A stretch of 64,000 nucleotides of DNA, from positions 9,431-73,430 of the forward strand of contig JALONP010000005.1 in assembly GCA_025454875.1 (NCBI GenBank). Reading direction: 5' to 3'. This DNA is from Bacteroidia bacterium. GTDB taxonomy: Bacteria; Bacteroidota; Bacteroidia; UKL13-3. Positions 50,399 to 59,711 of this stretch are shown here, in pieces. A program made the translations under genes and the position numbers. The notes beneath the pieces are model-generated. The model did no database searches and was not told the DNA's origin. It worked only from the letters and a program-made list of their open reading frames with translations. The stretch's first letter is position 1; every line of letters starts with the position of its first letter.

Positions 50399-52042
50399 TT
50401 ACGCTCCGTGTTCCTTAATGATAGCGCGTAGCCATTTAAGCATTAAAAATATAGCAAGTGCCGCTACCAGTACAATGAGGCAATTTACGATGAAGAAGTA
50501 TTGTTTATCCTCATAAGTATCCCATAGGCTGGCCAATACCCCACTCAATTTATTACCTATAGAAGTGCTCAGCATCCAACCGCCCATCATCAATGCCGCA
50601 AGTCGAGGAGGAGCCAATTTGGAAACCAGCGAAAGGCCCATTGGGCTAAGACATAGCTCGCCTACAGTAATCACACCATAGGTTCCAATAAGCCACCATG
50701 CCGATACCTTTTCATTGCCATTCATGCCCATATGCACTGCTGCAATCATTACGGTAGTGGATAAAGCGGTAATCATCAGCCCCCAAAATATTTTACCCGG
50801 AGTGCTTGGCTCTATGCCTTTGCTGCGTGCCCAAACAAAGAATCCTACTACTAATGGCGTCAGTATCACCACAAAAAATGGATTAATTGATTGAAATAAT
50901 TCTGTTGATATCAATTGTACTGATTGCCCTTCAGTTGGCAATTGCGTTGGGGGTAAATTTTTAAAATAATGCGGATAGTCAACTACCTTTTGCGTTTTAC
51001 CAGTTTCAGTTTTAATAGGTCTAAATTGGTTATCGACCAACACTACTGAATCTTTGCTGTAGTTGATTTCTTGAACCATTCCCAGAGCCTTGGTTGTGGG
51101 TACGATGGCTGCAGGTAATTCGCGATCCGTATAACTTTCGGCCCAAGTTGTAAGTGCGGTTCCATTTTGCTTAAAAATAGCCCAAAAAATAACCACAACG
51201 CCCATAATGGCCAATAGTGCACCAATGGGTTTTTTGTCTTCTGCATTCGAACGCACATACAATGAAACGTAAAACAATACAATCGGTATGGATCCAAAAA
51301 TAAAGGCATCTGTGCTATCGCTTCCAAAAATGGTACCTGGAATAAACCATCCCAATAAACCACCAGCAATTGCTGGTAATAAAACAATGGATAGAATTTT
51401 GGCTACGCTCATGTCTTCGGCCTTGGCAGGTTTAATGGTATCAACAGCCTTGTAATGTTTGCTTCCAATCCAAAAAATGGCTATACCAATAAACATGCCG
51501 ATACCCGCTGCAAAAAAAGCATATCCCCAACCAAAATGATTGCGCAAGTAAGCGGCAAAAAAATTGCAGATAAACGCACCAATATTAATGCCCATGTAAA
51601 AAATATTGTATCCAGCATCTTTATTCGCCTTGTATTGCGGCTCGTTGTATAAATTGCCTAATAAGGTTGAAATATTGGGTTTGAAAAACCCGTTACCAAC
51701 AATCATCAATGCCAAGGCAATAAAAAAAGTAGTTTCTCCAGGAATAGCTAAACACATATAGCCCAATCCCATCAGCACGCCACCAATTGAAATGGCCACA
51801 CGGTATCCTAAAATTCTGTCGGCTAACAATCCGCCAATAAATGGTGTAATAAATACCAGCGCGATGTACGTTCCAAAAATGTCTGATGCCTCTTTTTTCT
51901 CGAGACCTAATCCGCCCTTGTCTCCATCAGTCATGTATAGGAAAAAAATTCCTAGCATCAAGTAATAGCCAAATCGTTCCCACATTTCGGTAAAAAATAA
52001 GTAGGGAAGTCCTTTTGGATGTTTGCGTTGTATTTCAGTCAT
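50399..52042 (-). CDS. POT/PTR family proton-dependent peptide transporter
   Basis: HPKGL..LFFTEMWERFGYY, GNGFFKPNIS, FYMGINIG, FQSINP, GELCLSP. Confidence 0.95.
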   Translation of the reverse strand: MTEIQRKHPKGLPYLFFTEMWERFGYYLMLGIFFLYMTDGDKGGLGLEKKEASDIFGTYIALVFITPFIGGLLADRILGYRVAISIGGVLMGLGYMCLAIPGETTFFIALALMIVGNGFFKPNISTLLGNLYNEPQYKANKDAGYNIFYMGINIGAFICNFFAAYLRNHFGWGYAFFAAGIGMFIGIAIFWIGSKHYKAVDTIKPAKAEDMSVAKILSIVLLPAIAGGLLGWFIPGTIFGSDSTDAFIFGSIPIVLFYVSLYVRSNAEDKKPIGALLAIMGVVVIFWAIFKQNGTALTTWAESYTDRELPAAIVPTTKALGMVQEINYSKDSVVLVDNQFRPIKTETGKTQKVVDYPHYFKNLPPTQLPTEGQSVQLISTELFQSINPFFVVILTPLVVGFFVWARSKGIEPSTPGKIFWGLMITALSTTVMIAAVHMGMNGNEKVSAWWLIGTYGVITVGELCLSPMGLSLVSKLAPPRLAALMMGGWMLSTSIGNKLSGVLASLWDTYEDKQYFFIVNCLIVLVAALAIFLMLKWLRAIIKEHGA

Positions 52043-52219
52043 GGGTTCGAATATGCGCTAAAAAAGGCAATGGGGCAAGTAGGTTGAAGGAGAGGATTTT
52101 ATAAGGATATTGGTGATTAAGATATAAATGGCTTTGCGACTTATGGTATGAGGGTTTTATTAAGTGTTACTTTCTTTAGAGTTCCATTTGAAGTGGACTA
52201 AGTGGGATGCACAAAGGGT

Positions 52220-52253
52220 AAAAAGAAACCCTATGAGCAACTCACAGGGTTTC
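52220..52253 (-). terminator. Intrinsic terminator after the upstream POT gene
   Basis: Minus strand reads GAAACCCTGTGAG-TTG-CTCATAGGGTTTC-TTTTT. Confidence 0.8.
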
Positions 52254-52278
52254 AAAATGCGTATTACCTTATAAAAAG

Positions 52279-54006
52279 TTAACGTACTCCATGCATCATC
52301 TTTAGCAACTTATTGCTCAACACAAATAAAATGATGGCAGCCACACCGGCCATTACCACAAAAATCATAAAGAAGTCGTATAAATCAGTTATTTGAAAAC
52401 CGATGAATTGCTTGCTAATTCCATTTTCAGGATACAATCCACTTAAAACGCCCGCAAATTTATTTGCAGCAGAAGTAGATAAAAACCAAACACCCATCAG
52501 TAATGACGCAAATTTCACAGGTGCAAGTTTGTTTACCATTGACAAACCAATTGGCGATAAACACAATTCACCAAATGTGTGAATCGTGTATAAACTTACC
52601 AACCACATCATGCTCACTTTTGCAGTTACATCTTTTACGCCTATTGCAATAACGGCATAACCAACTGCTAACAAAAACAGTCCAATTGCTTGCTTATAGG
52701 GCGATGCTGGTTCAATGTTTTTATTTCCCATCCAGGTCCATAACAGTGCAAATAATGGCGCAAATATCACAATAGCAATTGCATTAATTGATTGGAAGAA
52801 ACTTGTTGGAATTTGTTCAATGTAAATTCCTTCATCAGAGAGCTGAAAAATACTATACACACCGTAAGCAATGCCTCCACCTAATAACAGCATGAACAAT
52901 TCTTTTACGCCACGTTGTTCGTTCTGAAAACCACGAAGTACCTTATTAAACAACCAGGCTAATATCCCTACTACAATTGCAATTAATCCCAATAAGAATG
53001 TTTTTGACAAAGTAAGATTCACTGTTCGATCAGTTTGCTCTTCTGCAAAATAGGTTAAGGATGCTCCTGCTTGTTCAAATGCTGCCCAGAAGAAAATAAC
53101 AAAAAATGCGATGATGTAAATAACCCAAATCCGTTCGCGTTCTTCCTTGTTTAAAGACCTGTCGGAAATAATAAATCCGGGTGCAGCTATAGTTAACGAA
53201 AAAATGAAAGAGCCAATCACCCCAAAGTCTAAAAGATAAAACAACACAAACAAACCAACTTCTACTCCAGCCCAAGTTAAAATTTGTTGCATAGAGAAAT
53301 CTTTTTTAACCTCAGCAGCAGTATCTATTGGAGGCGTATCTGTTTTTCTTGATTGGTTTGGAGCTGTACCAATTGGTGTGCCATCAGGAGTGACAATATA
53401 ATGATCCTTTAGCCAAATAAACAGCAGTGTACTGAGTAACATCCCTACACCAGCAGCCAAAAATCCCCATTTAAAATCAGCAGGATTTCCAGTATCTCCC
53501 AGCGTTCCACATACCAATGGGGATAAAAACGCACCTAAGTTAATACCCATGTAAAAAATGGTAAATGCCGAGTCTACGCGTTTATCTCCTTGCGGATAAA
53601 GCTGACCTACCATTGTTGAAATATTGGGTTTAAAAAAGCCGTTTCCAAAAATTAAAAAAGCCAATCCTGTATACATAATCATTGATGACAATCCTACCTC
53701 TTGGTATAAGCTTCCGCTTGCAAACATTAAAAATTGGCCTATAGCCATTAAGAACCCGCCAATAATAATCGACTTCCGGTTTCCCCAATACCTATCGGCC
53801 ATATAACCTCCAAGTAGCGGTGTTAAATAAACCAAGCCGGTGTAGCTTCCGTAAATATCTGAGCCAAGTGCTTTATCAAATAATAAAGCTTTGGTCATGT
53901 ATAAAGTAAAAATAGCGCGCATACCGTAGTAGCTAAAACGCTCCCACATTTCGGTAACAAATAGCACATACAATCCTTTAGGATGTCCTGTTGTTGATTG
54001 ACTCAT
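52279..54006 (-). CDS. POT/PTR family proton-dependent peptide transporter
   Basis: EMWERFSYYGMR, GNGFFKPNIS, FYMGINLG, FEQAG, GELCLSP. Confidence 0.95.
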   Translation of the reverse strand: MSQSTTGHPKGLYVLFVTEMWERFSYYGMRAIFTLYMTKALLFDKALGSDIYGSYTGLVYLTPLLGGYMADRYWGNRKSIIIGGFLMAIGQFLMFASGSLYQEVGLSSMIMYTGLAFLIFGNGFFKPNISTMVGQLYPQGDKRVDSAFTIFYMGINLGAFLSPLVCGTLGDTGNPADFKWGFLAAGVGMLLSTLLFIWLKDHYIVTPDGTPIGTAPNQSRKTDTPPIDTAAEVKKDFSMQQILTWAGVEVGLFVLFYLLDFGVIGSFIFSLTIAAPGFIISDRSLNKEERERIWVIYIIAFFVIFFWAAFEQAGASLTYFAEEQTDRTVNLTLSKTFLLGLIAIVVGILAWLFNKVLRGFQNEQRGVKELFMLLLGGGIAYGVYSIFQLSDEGIYIEQIPTSFFQSINAIAIVIFAPLFALLWTWMGNKNIEPASPYKQAIGLFLLAVGYAVIAIGVKDVTAKVSMMWLVSLYTIHTFGELCLSPIGLSMVNKLAPVKFASLLMGVWFLSTSAANKFAGVLSGLYPENGISKQFIGFQITDLYDFFMIFVVMAGVAAIILFVLSNKLLKMMHGVR

Positions 54007-54173
54007 GTAATGTTAAATTTAAGTAATGCAATATAAAACTATGATAGAACTATGCAAGTGCTAGTTTATATTGGCAAACAATACCATTAGCCCATAAAGC
54101 AAAACAATGCTCATGATGATTGTGCCTATGGTAATAAGCATATCAACAAATGGTTTTAGTTTTTCTTTCATGG

Positions 54174-54641
54174 TTATACCCCAAATTGCGTAAGGTGGTG
54201 GTTTAAATGTTTGCATTGCCCTTTGTTCCACTCGTCAACAGTTAGTTTGCCAAAAAAACCATGAGGGTATTTGGTTACAACTGCAGGTCCACCTTTTGAA
54301 AAGGTTTCCATAAGTTGTAGTAAACGTTTTTTTTCGGTGTTAAAATCTTTTTCTGAACCAATCATCACAAACTCTGGGCTGGTTGGCGTTCCGGGTTTGT
54401 AAGGTTTAGCGCTAGTAAGCATGCCTTTAAACAGAGGTCCAATGAAACGCGATGATAAGCTGCGTTTGCTTGTTGGGGGTGTTGTACTCATTGATTTCTT
54501 CAATCCTGCGCAACAGTGCGCCAGCATTTGTGCTACATTCATTCTTCCCCATTGAGGTTGTGTTGTAGGATTGAGGTTATTGATACGGTTGGTAAAATGA
54601 AGAAGTGTTTCTGCCTCAAATAAATTCATAAACTTATCCAT
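54174..54641 (-). CDS. DUF1569 / DinB-like protein
   Basis: WGRMNVAQMLAHC ... H.FFGKL...EW......HL.HHL.QFG. Confidence 0.88.
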   Translation of the reverse strand: MDKFMNLFEAETLLHFTNRINNLNPTTQPQWGRMNVAQMLAHCCAGLKKSMSTTPPTSKRSLSSRFIGPLFKGMLTSAKPYKPGTPTSPEFVMIGSEKDFNTEKKRLLQLMETFSKGGPAVVTKYPHGFFGKLTVDEWNKGQCKHLNHHLTQFGV

Positions 54642-54650
54642 ACAATTTCA

Positions 54651-56813
54651 TTATAATTTTTCCAATATAAACCGTGTCATTCGTTCATATAAGTGCAGAC
54701 GGGTTTTGCTACCTCCAATTCCATGGTTTTTGTTAGGGTAAAATTCACTGTCAAACTTTACCCCTTTGTTAATCATTGCATTCACCATTTCTACTGCGTT
54801 TTGAAAGTGCACATTGTCATCCGCTGTTCCATGAATGATTAAGTAATTGCCTTTAATTTTTTCTACATGGTTGATGGGTGAATTCTCGTCATAACTTTTT
54901 CCGTTTTCTTGTGGTGTACGCATAAAGCGTTCCGTATATATATTATCGTAATAACGCCAATTGGTAACCGGTGCAACTGCAATGGCAGTTTTAAATACAT
55001 CAGCACCTTTGCTGATACCTAAACTTGCCATATACCCACCGAAGCTCCAGCCCCAAATGCCAATTCTATTCCTATCTACATAATTCAGATTTTGCAATTG
55101 CTTGGCTACATAAATCTGGTCTTCAATTTCAAATTTTCCCAATTGAAGATAGGTTGATTTCTTAAATGCCTCTCCTTTAAAACCTGTCCCACGGCCATCT
55201 ACACATACAATCAAGTAACCTTTATCTGCCAATAATTGGTACCAAAAGTAATTTGATCCCATCCACCTGTTCACTGCAAGTTGATGCCCAGGACCTCCAT
55301 ACACATACATTAGCACCGGGTATTTTTGTTTCTCAGTGAAATTGGTTGGCTTAATAACAAATGCATTTAATGACTCACCATATGCATTCGAAAAGGAAGT
55401 CATTTCAGCGTTGTTTATTTTGTATGAAGTCAATTTGGATTGCAACTCGGTATTATTCTCTAAAACTCGTATTTCTTTTCCGGCCGCATCACATAATGCA
55501 TAATAAGGAGGTGTGTTGATGCTTGATTGAGACAGTAAAAAGTAGCTAAAATCAGCATTGAATGTAGCGTTATTCCATCCGCGTTTTTGCGTTAATTGTT
55601 GTTTCTTTTTTCCGTCCAATCCTATTGCGTAGACATAACGCTCAGTTGAGTTTACTTCAGAACTTGTAATATAAATGGTTTTGTTTTTTTCATAAATACC
55701 ATAAAATTGATCCACATCCCAGTTGCCGTTAGTTATTTGTTTCATAAGTTTTCCATTCAAATCATATTGGTATAAATGATTCCACCCAGACTTTTCACTG
55801 TTAATAATAAATGACTTTCCATCTTTTAAAAACGTGATCTCAGGAACATCAAGGTATGCTTTGTTTTCTTCTGTATAAACTAAAGTATGACTGCCTGTAT
55901 TTGTGTTGGCAAGCAACAGCTCGAGTTTATTTTGCAAACGGTTCATTCGTTGAATGCAAAGTAAGTTTTCATTTTGTGTCCAGTGAATTCGTGGTATGTA
56001 AATATCGGTTTCATTTCCAATATCAAGTTTTGTAATAGAACCAGTATTGGTTTGGTAACAATATAATGTAATGACCGAATTGGCTTCTCCTGCCTTTGGA
56101 TATTTAAACTGATAGTCTTCTGGATACAACTTACCGTACATCGCCATATTAAACTCCTTCACCTTGCTTTCGTCAAATCGGTAATAAGCCAATTGGCTGC
56201 CGGTTTTATTCCAATAAAATCCTTTACTTAAAGCAAATTCTTCTTCATAAACCCAATCAGTTGCTCCGTTGATAATAGCATTTGTTTTTCCATCCGTTGT
56301 GATTTGTTTTTCGGCCTTATTCTTCAAATCATACACATACAAATTATTATTTTTAACGTATGCGAGATGTGTTCCATCAGGCGAAAATTCGGCCAGCATT
56401 ACTTCCTCTTTCACTGGTTGAAACAACAATTTACTTTTTACATCATATACATAAATATTGGCTGCATAAGAGTGACGGTACAATTGCTTAAAGTTTGTTT
56501 GTAGCAATAACTTATCTTCCTTAGCGCTAAATGTGTAGCTGAATTGTTGCAGGTTAAGGTCACGCTGGTACACAATCGTATCAATGGCTTTACCAGAAGC
56601 AAAACTATAGCGAATAATGTTTTCATTATCATCTTGAGCGGTGTAATACCTGCCATCATTCATTGAATTAAACCCGGGAACACCTTTGGCAGAAAAGGTC
56701 CCCCTTGTCCAAATATCTTCAAGTGTAATGCTTTGCTGGGATGAGCATTGAAACGCGGTATAGTGAAAAATAATAACCGCAAAGGCGCAATGTCGCCAAG
56801 TGAATCTAACCAT
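54651..56813 (-). CDS. dpp4: Dipeptidyl peptidase IV (S9B)
   Basis: DWVYEEE, YPKAG, GWSFGG nucleophile, HGTADDNVH, NHGI. Confidence 0.93.
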   Translation of the reverse strand: MVRFTWRHCAFAVIIFHYTAFQCSSQQSITLEDIWTRGTFSAKGVPGFNSMNDGRYYTAQDDNENIIRYSFASGKAIDTIVYQRDLNLQQFSYTFSAKEDKLLLQTNFKQLYRHSYAANIYVYDVKSKLLFQPVKEEVMLAEFSPDGTHLAYVKNNNLYVYDLKNKAEKQITTDGKTNAIINGATDWVYEEEFALSKGFYWNKTGSQLAYYRFDESKVKEFNMAMYGKLYPEDYQFKYPKAGEANSVITLYCYQTNTGSITKLDIGNETDIYIPRIHWTQNENLLCIQRMNRLQNKLELLLANTNTGSHTLVYTEENKAYLDVPEITFLKDGKSFIINSEKSGWNHLYQYDLNGKLMKQITNGNWDVDQFYGIYEKNKTIYITSSEVNSTERYVYAIGLDGKKKQQLTQKRGWNNATFNADFSYFLLSQSSINTPPYYALCDAAGKEIRVLENNTELQSKLTSYKINNAEMTSFSNAYGESLNAFVIKPTNFTEKQKYPVLMYVYGGPGHQLAVNRWMGSNYFWYQLLADKGYLIVCVDGRGTGFKGEAFKKSTYLQLGKFEIEDQIYVAKQLQNLNYVDRNRIGIWGWSFGGYMASLGISKGADVFKTAIAVAPVTNWRYYDNIYTERFMRTPQENGKSYDENSPINHVEKIKGNYLIIHGTADDNVHFQNAVEMVNAMINKGVKFDSEFYPNKNHGIGGSKTRLHLYERMTRFILEKL

Positions 56814-57234
56814 ATTAAAAATTATTTACTTTTCGTTTAAAGCCATCAATCAGTTTGGGCACATTAAAATTGATAATAAACCCAAGCCTTTTGTCTGCTA
56901 ATCTAAGATATGTTATTATTTGTGCTTCGTGCACAGGCAGCAAAGTGTCTACTGCTTTAAGTTCAATTATAATTTCTTCAGCAACTAATAAGTCAATTCT
57001 GAAGTCAAGATTAAGCATTTCAGTTTTATATTTTACGGGTAATGTTACTTGACGTTGCACAAAGATATTTCGATTCCTTAACTCTTTATAAAGACAAACT
57101 TCGTAGACACTTTCTAGCAAGCCAGGCCCTAGATTTTTATGTACCTCAATTGAAGCATCTAATATTTGCTTACTAAGCATATCTAATTCTTTACTATTCA
57201 TAAAAAAATCTTTGCGCCTTGCCGTCTTTGCGGT
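56776..57234. mobile_element. Putative GxxExxY cassette bounded by imperfect 25-bp inverted repeats
   Basis: Left ACCGCAAAGGCGCAATGTCGCCAAG (56776-56800). Right, reverse-complemented, ACCGCAAAGACGGCAAGGCGCAAAG (57210-57234). 19/25 identical, outer 9 bp perfect. Confidence 0.55.
56815..57201 (-). CDS. GxxExxY protein (PD-(D/E)XK-like nuclease fold)
   Basis: VHKNLGPGLLESVYE, RIDLLV..EIIIELK, HEAQIITYL, GFIINF. Confidence 0.95.
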   Translation of the reverse strand: MNSKELDMLSKQILDASIEVHKNLGPGLLESVYEVCLYKELRNRNIFVQRQVTLPVKYKTEMLNLDFRIDLLVAEEIIIELKAVDTLLPVHEAQIITYLRLADKRLGFIINFNVPKLIDGFKRKVNNF

Positions 57235-57245
57235 AAAATTGCATT

Positions 57246-58643
57246 GTGCAATATAACAAAGTTACTGCTTCGCAAATAAGCCAATTTGTTGCTATAGTTG
57301 GCGAACCGTTTATCATTTTAGATCACGAGAGCAAGGCTTTGTATTCCAAAGATTATACAGAAGATCTGTTTTACGAACCAGAGATTGTGCTTAAACCCCG
57401 CACAGCCCAAGAAATTTCAGCCATACTCGCCATTTGCAATGAACATAGGATCCCACTCACGCCACGCGGAGCCGGTACCGGATTAAGCGGAGGAGCATTG
57501 CCACTTTATGGTGGAGTGGTAATTTCAATGGAACGCTTTAACCAAATTATTGAAATTGATGAACGTAATTTTCAAGTTACGGTTGAACCTGGTGTTGTAA
57601 ATGAAGCATTGCAACAAGCTGTTCGAGAGAAAGGGTTGTTCTATCCACCTGATCCTGCAAGCAAGGGAAGTTGCTTTTTAGGAGGCAATATTGCGCATGC
57701 GAGCGGTGGGCCTCGCGCGCTCAAATATGGTACAACCCGCGATTACGTACTTAACTTAGAAGTAGTATTGCCTACTGGTGAAATTATTTGGACAGGAGCC
57801 AATACCCTTAAATATTCAACTGGATACAATCTTACTCATTTATTTATTGGCAGTGAAGGTACCTTGGGTATCGTAACCAAAATGGTGTTAAAGTTGATAC
57901 CGCATCCACAACATACGCTGTTATTGCTCGCTCCGTTTACGTCACCTGAAAAAGCTTGTGAAGCCGTAAATGCGATATTTTTGGCTGGTTGCAATCCCAG
58001 TGCATGTGAGTTTATAGAACCAAGTGGTTTCGAACTTGCTGCCAGTATGCTCAATATCCAGTTTGAAATCCAACCTAATATTGAGGCCTATTTACTCATT
58101 GAAGTAGATGGCAATGATTTAGAATTGATGATGAAGGAATGCGAAGCGATAAGCGAAGTATTGTATGCTCACCAAAGCGGTGAAGTATTGTTTGGACAAA
58201 CTGCTGATGAAAAAGAGTATTTCTGGAAACTTAGAAGAAGCATTGGCGAGGCTACTAAATTTAATAATACCTACAAAGAAGAAGATACAGTTGTGCCACG
58301 AGCTGAATTACCCAAACTGTATAGAGGTGTGAAGGAAATAGGCAATCGTTTTGGATTTAGAACGGTTTGTTATGGACACGCAGGAGATGGAAATTTGCAT
58401 GTGAATATTTTGCGAGATCAACTTACGGATGAGGTTTGGAATAATGAGATTCCAAAAGCAATTGTCGCCATTTTTGAGTTGTGTAAATCATTAAAAGGTA
58501 CCATTAGTGGAGAGCACGGAATTGGACTGGTACAAAAGCCATACATGAAAGTGGTGATGCCTGAAGTGCAATTGCAGTTAATGCGTAATATCAAGCGCGC
58601 TTTTGATCCTCATTGGGTTTTAAATCCTGGTAAAATTTTTTAA
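57246..58643 (+). CDS. FAD-linked 2-hydroxyacid oxidase (GlcD / D-lactate dehydrogenase family)
   Basis: PRGAGTGLSGGA, YPPDPAS, GSEGTLG, GHAGDGNLH, SGEHGIG, LNPGKIF. Confidence 0.92.
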   Translation: MQYNKVTASQISQFVAIVGEPFIILDHESKALYSKDYTEDLFYEPEIVLKPRTAQEISAILAICNEHRIPLTPRGAGTGLSGGALPLYGGVVISMERFNQIIEIDERNFQVTVEPGVVNEALQQAVREKGLFYPPDPASKGSCFLGGNIAHASGGPRALKYGTTRDYVLNLEVVLPTGEIIWTGANTLKYSTGYNLTHLFIGSEGTLGIVTKMVLKLIPHPQHTLLLLAPFTSPEKACEAVNAIFLAGCNPSACEFIEPSGFELAASMLNIQFEIQPNIEAYLLIEVDGNDLELMMKECEAISEVLYAHQSGEVLFGQTADEKEYFWKLRRSIGEATKFNNTYKEEDTVVPRAELPKLYRGVKEIGNRFGFRTVCYGHAGDGNLHVNILRDQLTDEVWNNEIPKAIVAIFELCKSLKGTISGEHGIGLVQKPYMKVVMPEVQLQLMRNIKRAFDPHWVLNPGKIF

Positions 58644-58660
58644 TCCAGATTCATTGATTG

Positions 58661-59659
58661 TTAAAGTTGGTGTTTTTGGTTACGCAACACATTCTCTAGA
58701 GTCCATTCCATTCTGTTTTTAAAATTGGCCTGACGAACATCACAGTTCGTCAATGAGCATAAACTACAGGATTCGGGAATGCATGGGTCAGGATGAATAA
58801 ACAATTCAACCTTTTGCTCAAAAGCTTCCGCGATTAACATTTCCATTTCTTTAAGCGCATCGTGAGATGTTTGGAGCGATTGATACCATGGCAAGGTTAC
58901 ATGGCAATCAATATGAAAACTGGAGCCATATTGTAATATTCTGAGGTTATGAATATCAATCCAATGAGGTTTGCGGTGTGTATTCAAAACATTCAAAACA
59001 TCTTGCAATATTTGGTCATCGGCTTCATCCATCAATCCTGCCAACGATTTACGCATTAATTGATATCCTGTAAACATGATGATGCATGCAAATACGATTG
59101 CCAATACATTATCAAGCCAGGTTAAACCTGTGAAGTAGATAAATACAACACCTGCTATTAAACCTAAGCTGCTCCATGTATCACTTTGCAAATGTTTGCC
59201 ATCAGCAATTAAAATAACAGATTGGTGTGCCTTGCCCAGTTTAATGAGTACACGTCCCATAAAATAATTTGCAACTCCAGCTATTGCGGCTAACAATGCA
59301 CCAGTATCCAATGCATGTATGGGAGAGGGGTGGATAATATTGCCAATTGATTTGACAATGATGAGTATACCCGCTAATAAAATAAGTCCACCCTCGAAAC
59401 CGGCAGAAATAAACTCAATTTTACCATGCCCATACGGATGATCTGTATCTTTGGGTTTGGCAGCCAGCGATAAACTATAGTAGGCAAATGCACCCGCAAT
59501 AACATTGATAATCGACTCAAGTGCATCACTTAAAATAGCATTGGAGTGTGTGGTAAAATAAGCAGTAAATTTTACCAATAAGATGACCACACTTCCGGTG
59601 AGTACCCAACGCATGGTTTTAAGTTGTATGGAAAACGTCTGTTGCACGTATTCAAACAT
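58661..59659 (-). CDS. Cation diffusion facilitator (CDF) transporter
   Basis: SDALES, KPKD..HPYGHGKIE, ADGKHLQSD. True start may be the GTG at 59647. Confidence 0.92.
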   Translation of the reverse strand: MFEYVQQTFSIQLKTMRWVLTGSVVILLVKFTAYFTTHSNAILSDALESIINVIAGAFAYYSLSLAAKPKDTDHPYGHGKIEFISAGFEGGLILLAGILIIVKSIGNIIHPSPIHALDTGALLAAIAGVANYFMGRVLIKLGKAHQSVILIADGKHLQSDTWSSLGLIAGVVFIYFTGLTWLDNVLAIVFACIIMFTGYQLMRKSLAGLMDEADDQILQDVLNVLNTHRKPHWIDIHNLRILQYGSSFHIDCHVTLPWYQSLQTSHDALKEMEMLIAEAFEQKVELFIHPDPCIPESCSLCSLTNCDVRQANFKNRMEWTLENVLRNQKHQL

Positions 59660-59692
59660 AAAAAAAGGCGTTCAGAATTGAACGCCTTTTTT
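59660..59692. terminator. Bidirectional intrinsic terminator after the T9SS gene
   Basis: AAAAAAGGCGTTCA-GAAT-TGAACGCCTTTTTT, perfect 14-bp arms. Confidence 0.88.
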
Positions 59693-59711
59693 ACATCAAA
59701 AGTGAATGAAT

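Noticed and set aside
52043-52219. Possible sRNA or riboswitch between the POT genes (also 10737-10921 and 61578-61843)
   Set aside because: Only weak short hairpins, and no conserved aptamer motif was recognisable. An Rfam/Infernal scan would be needed to exclude this fully.
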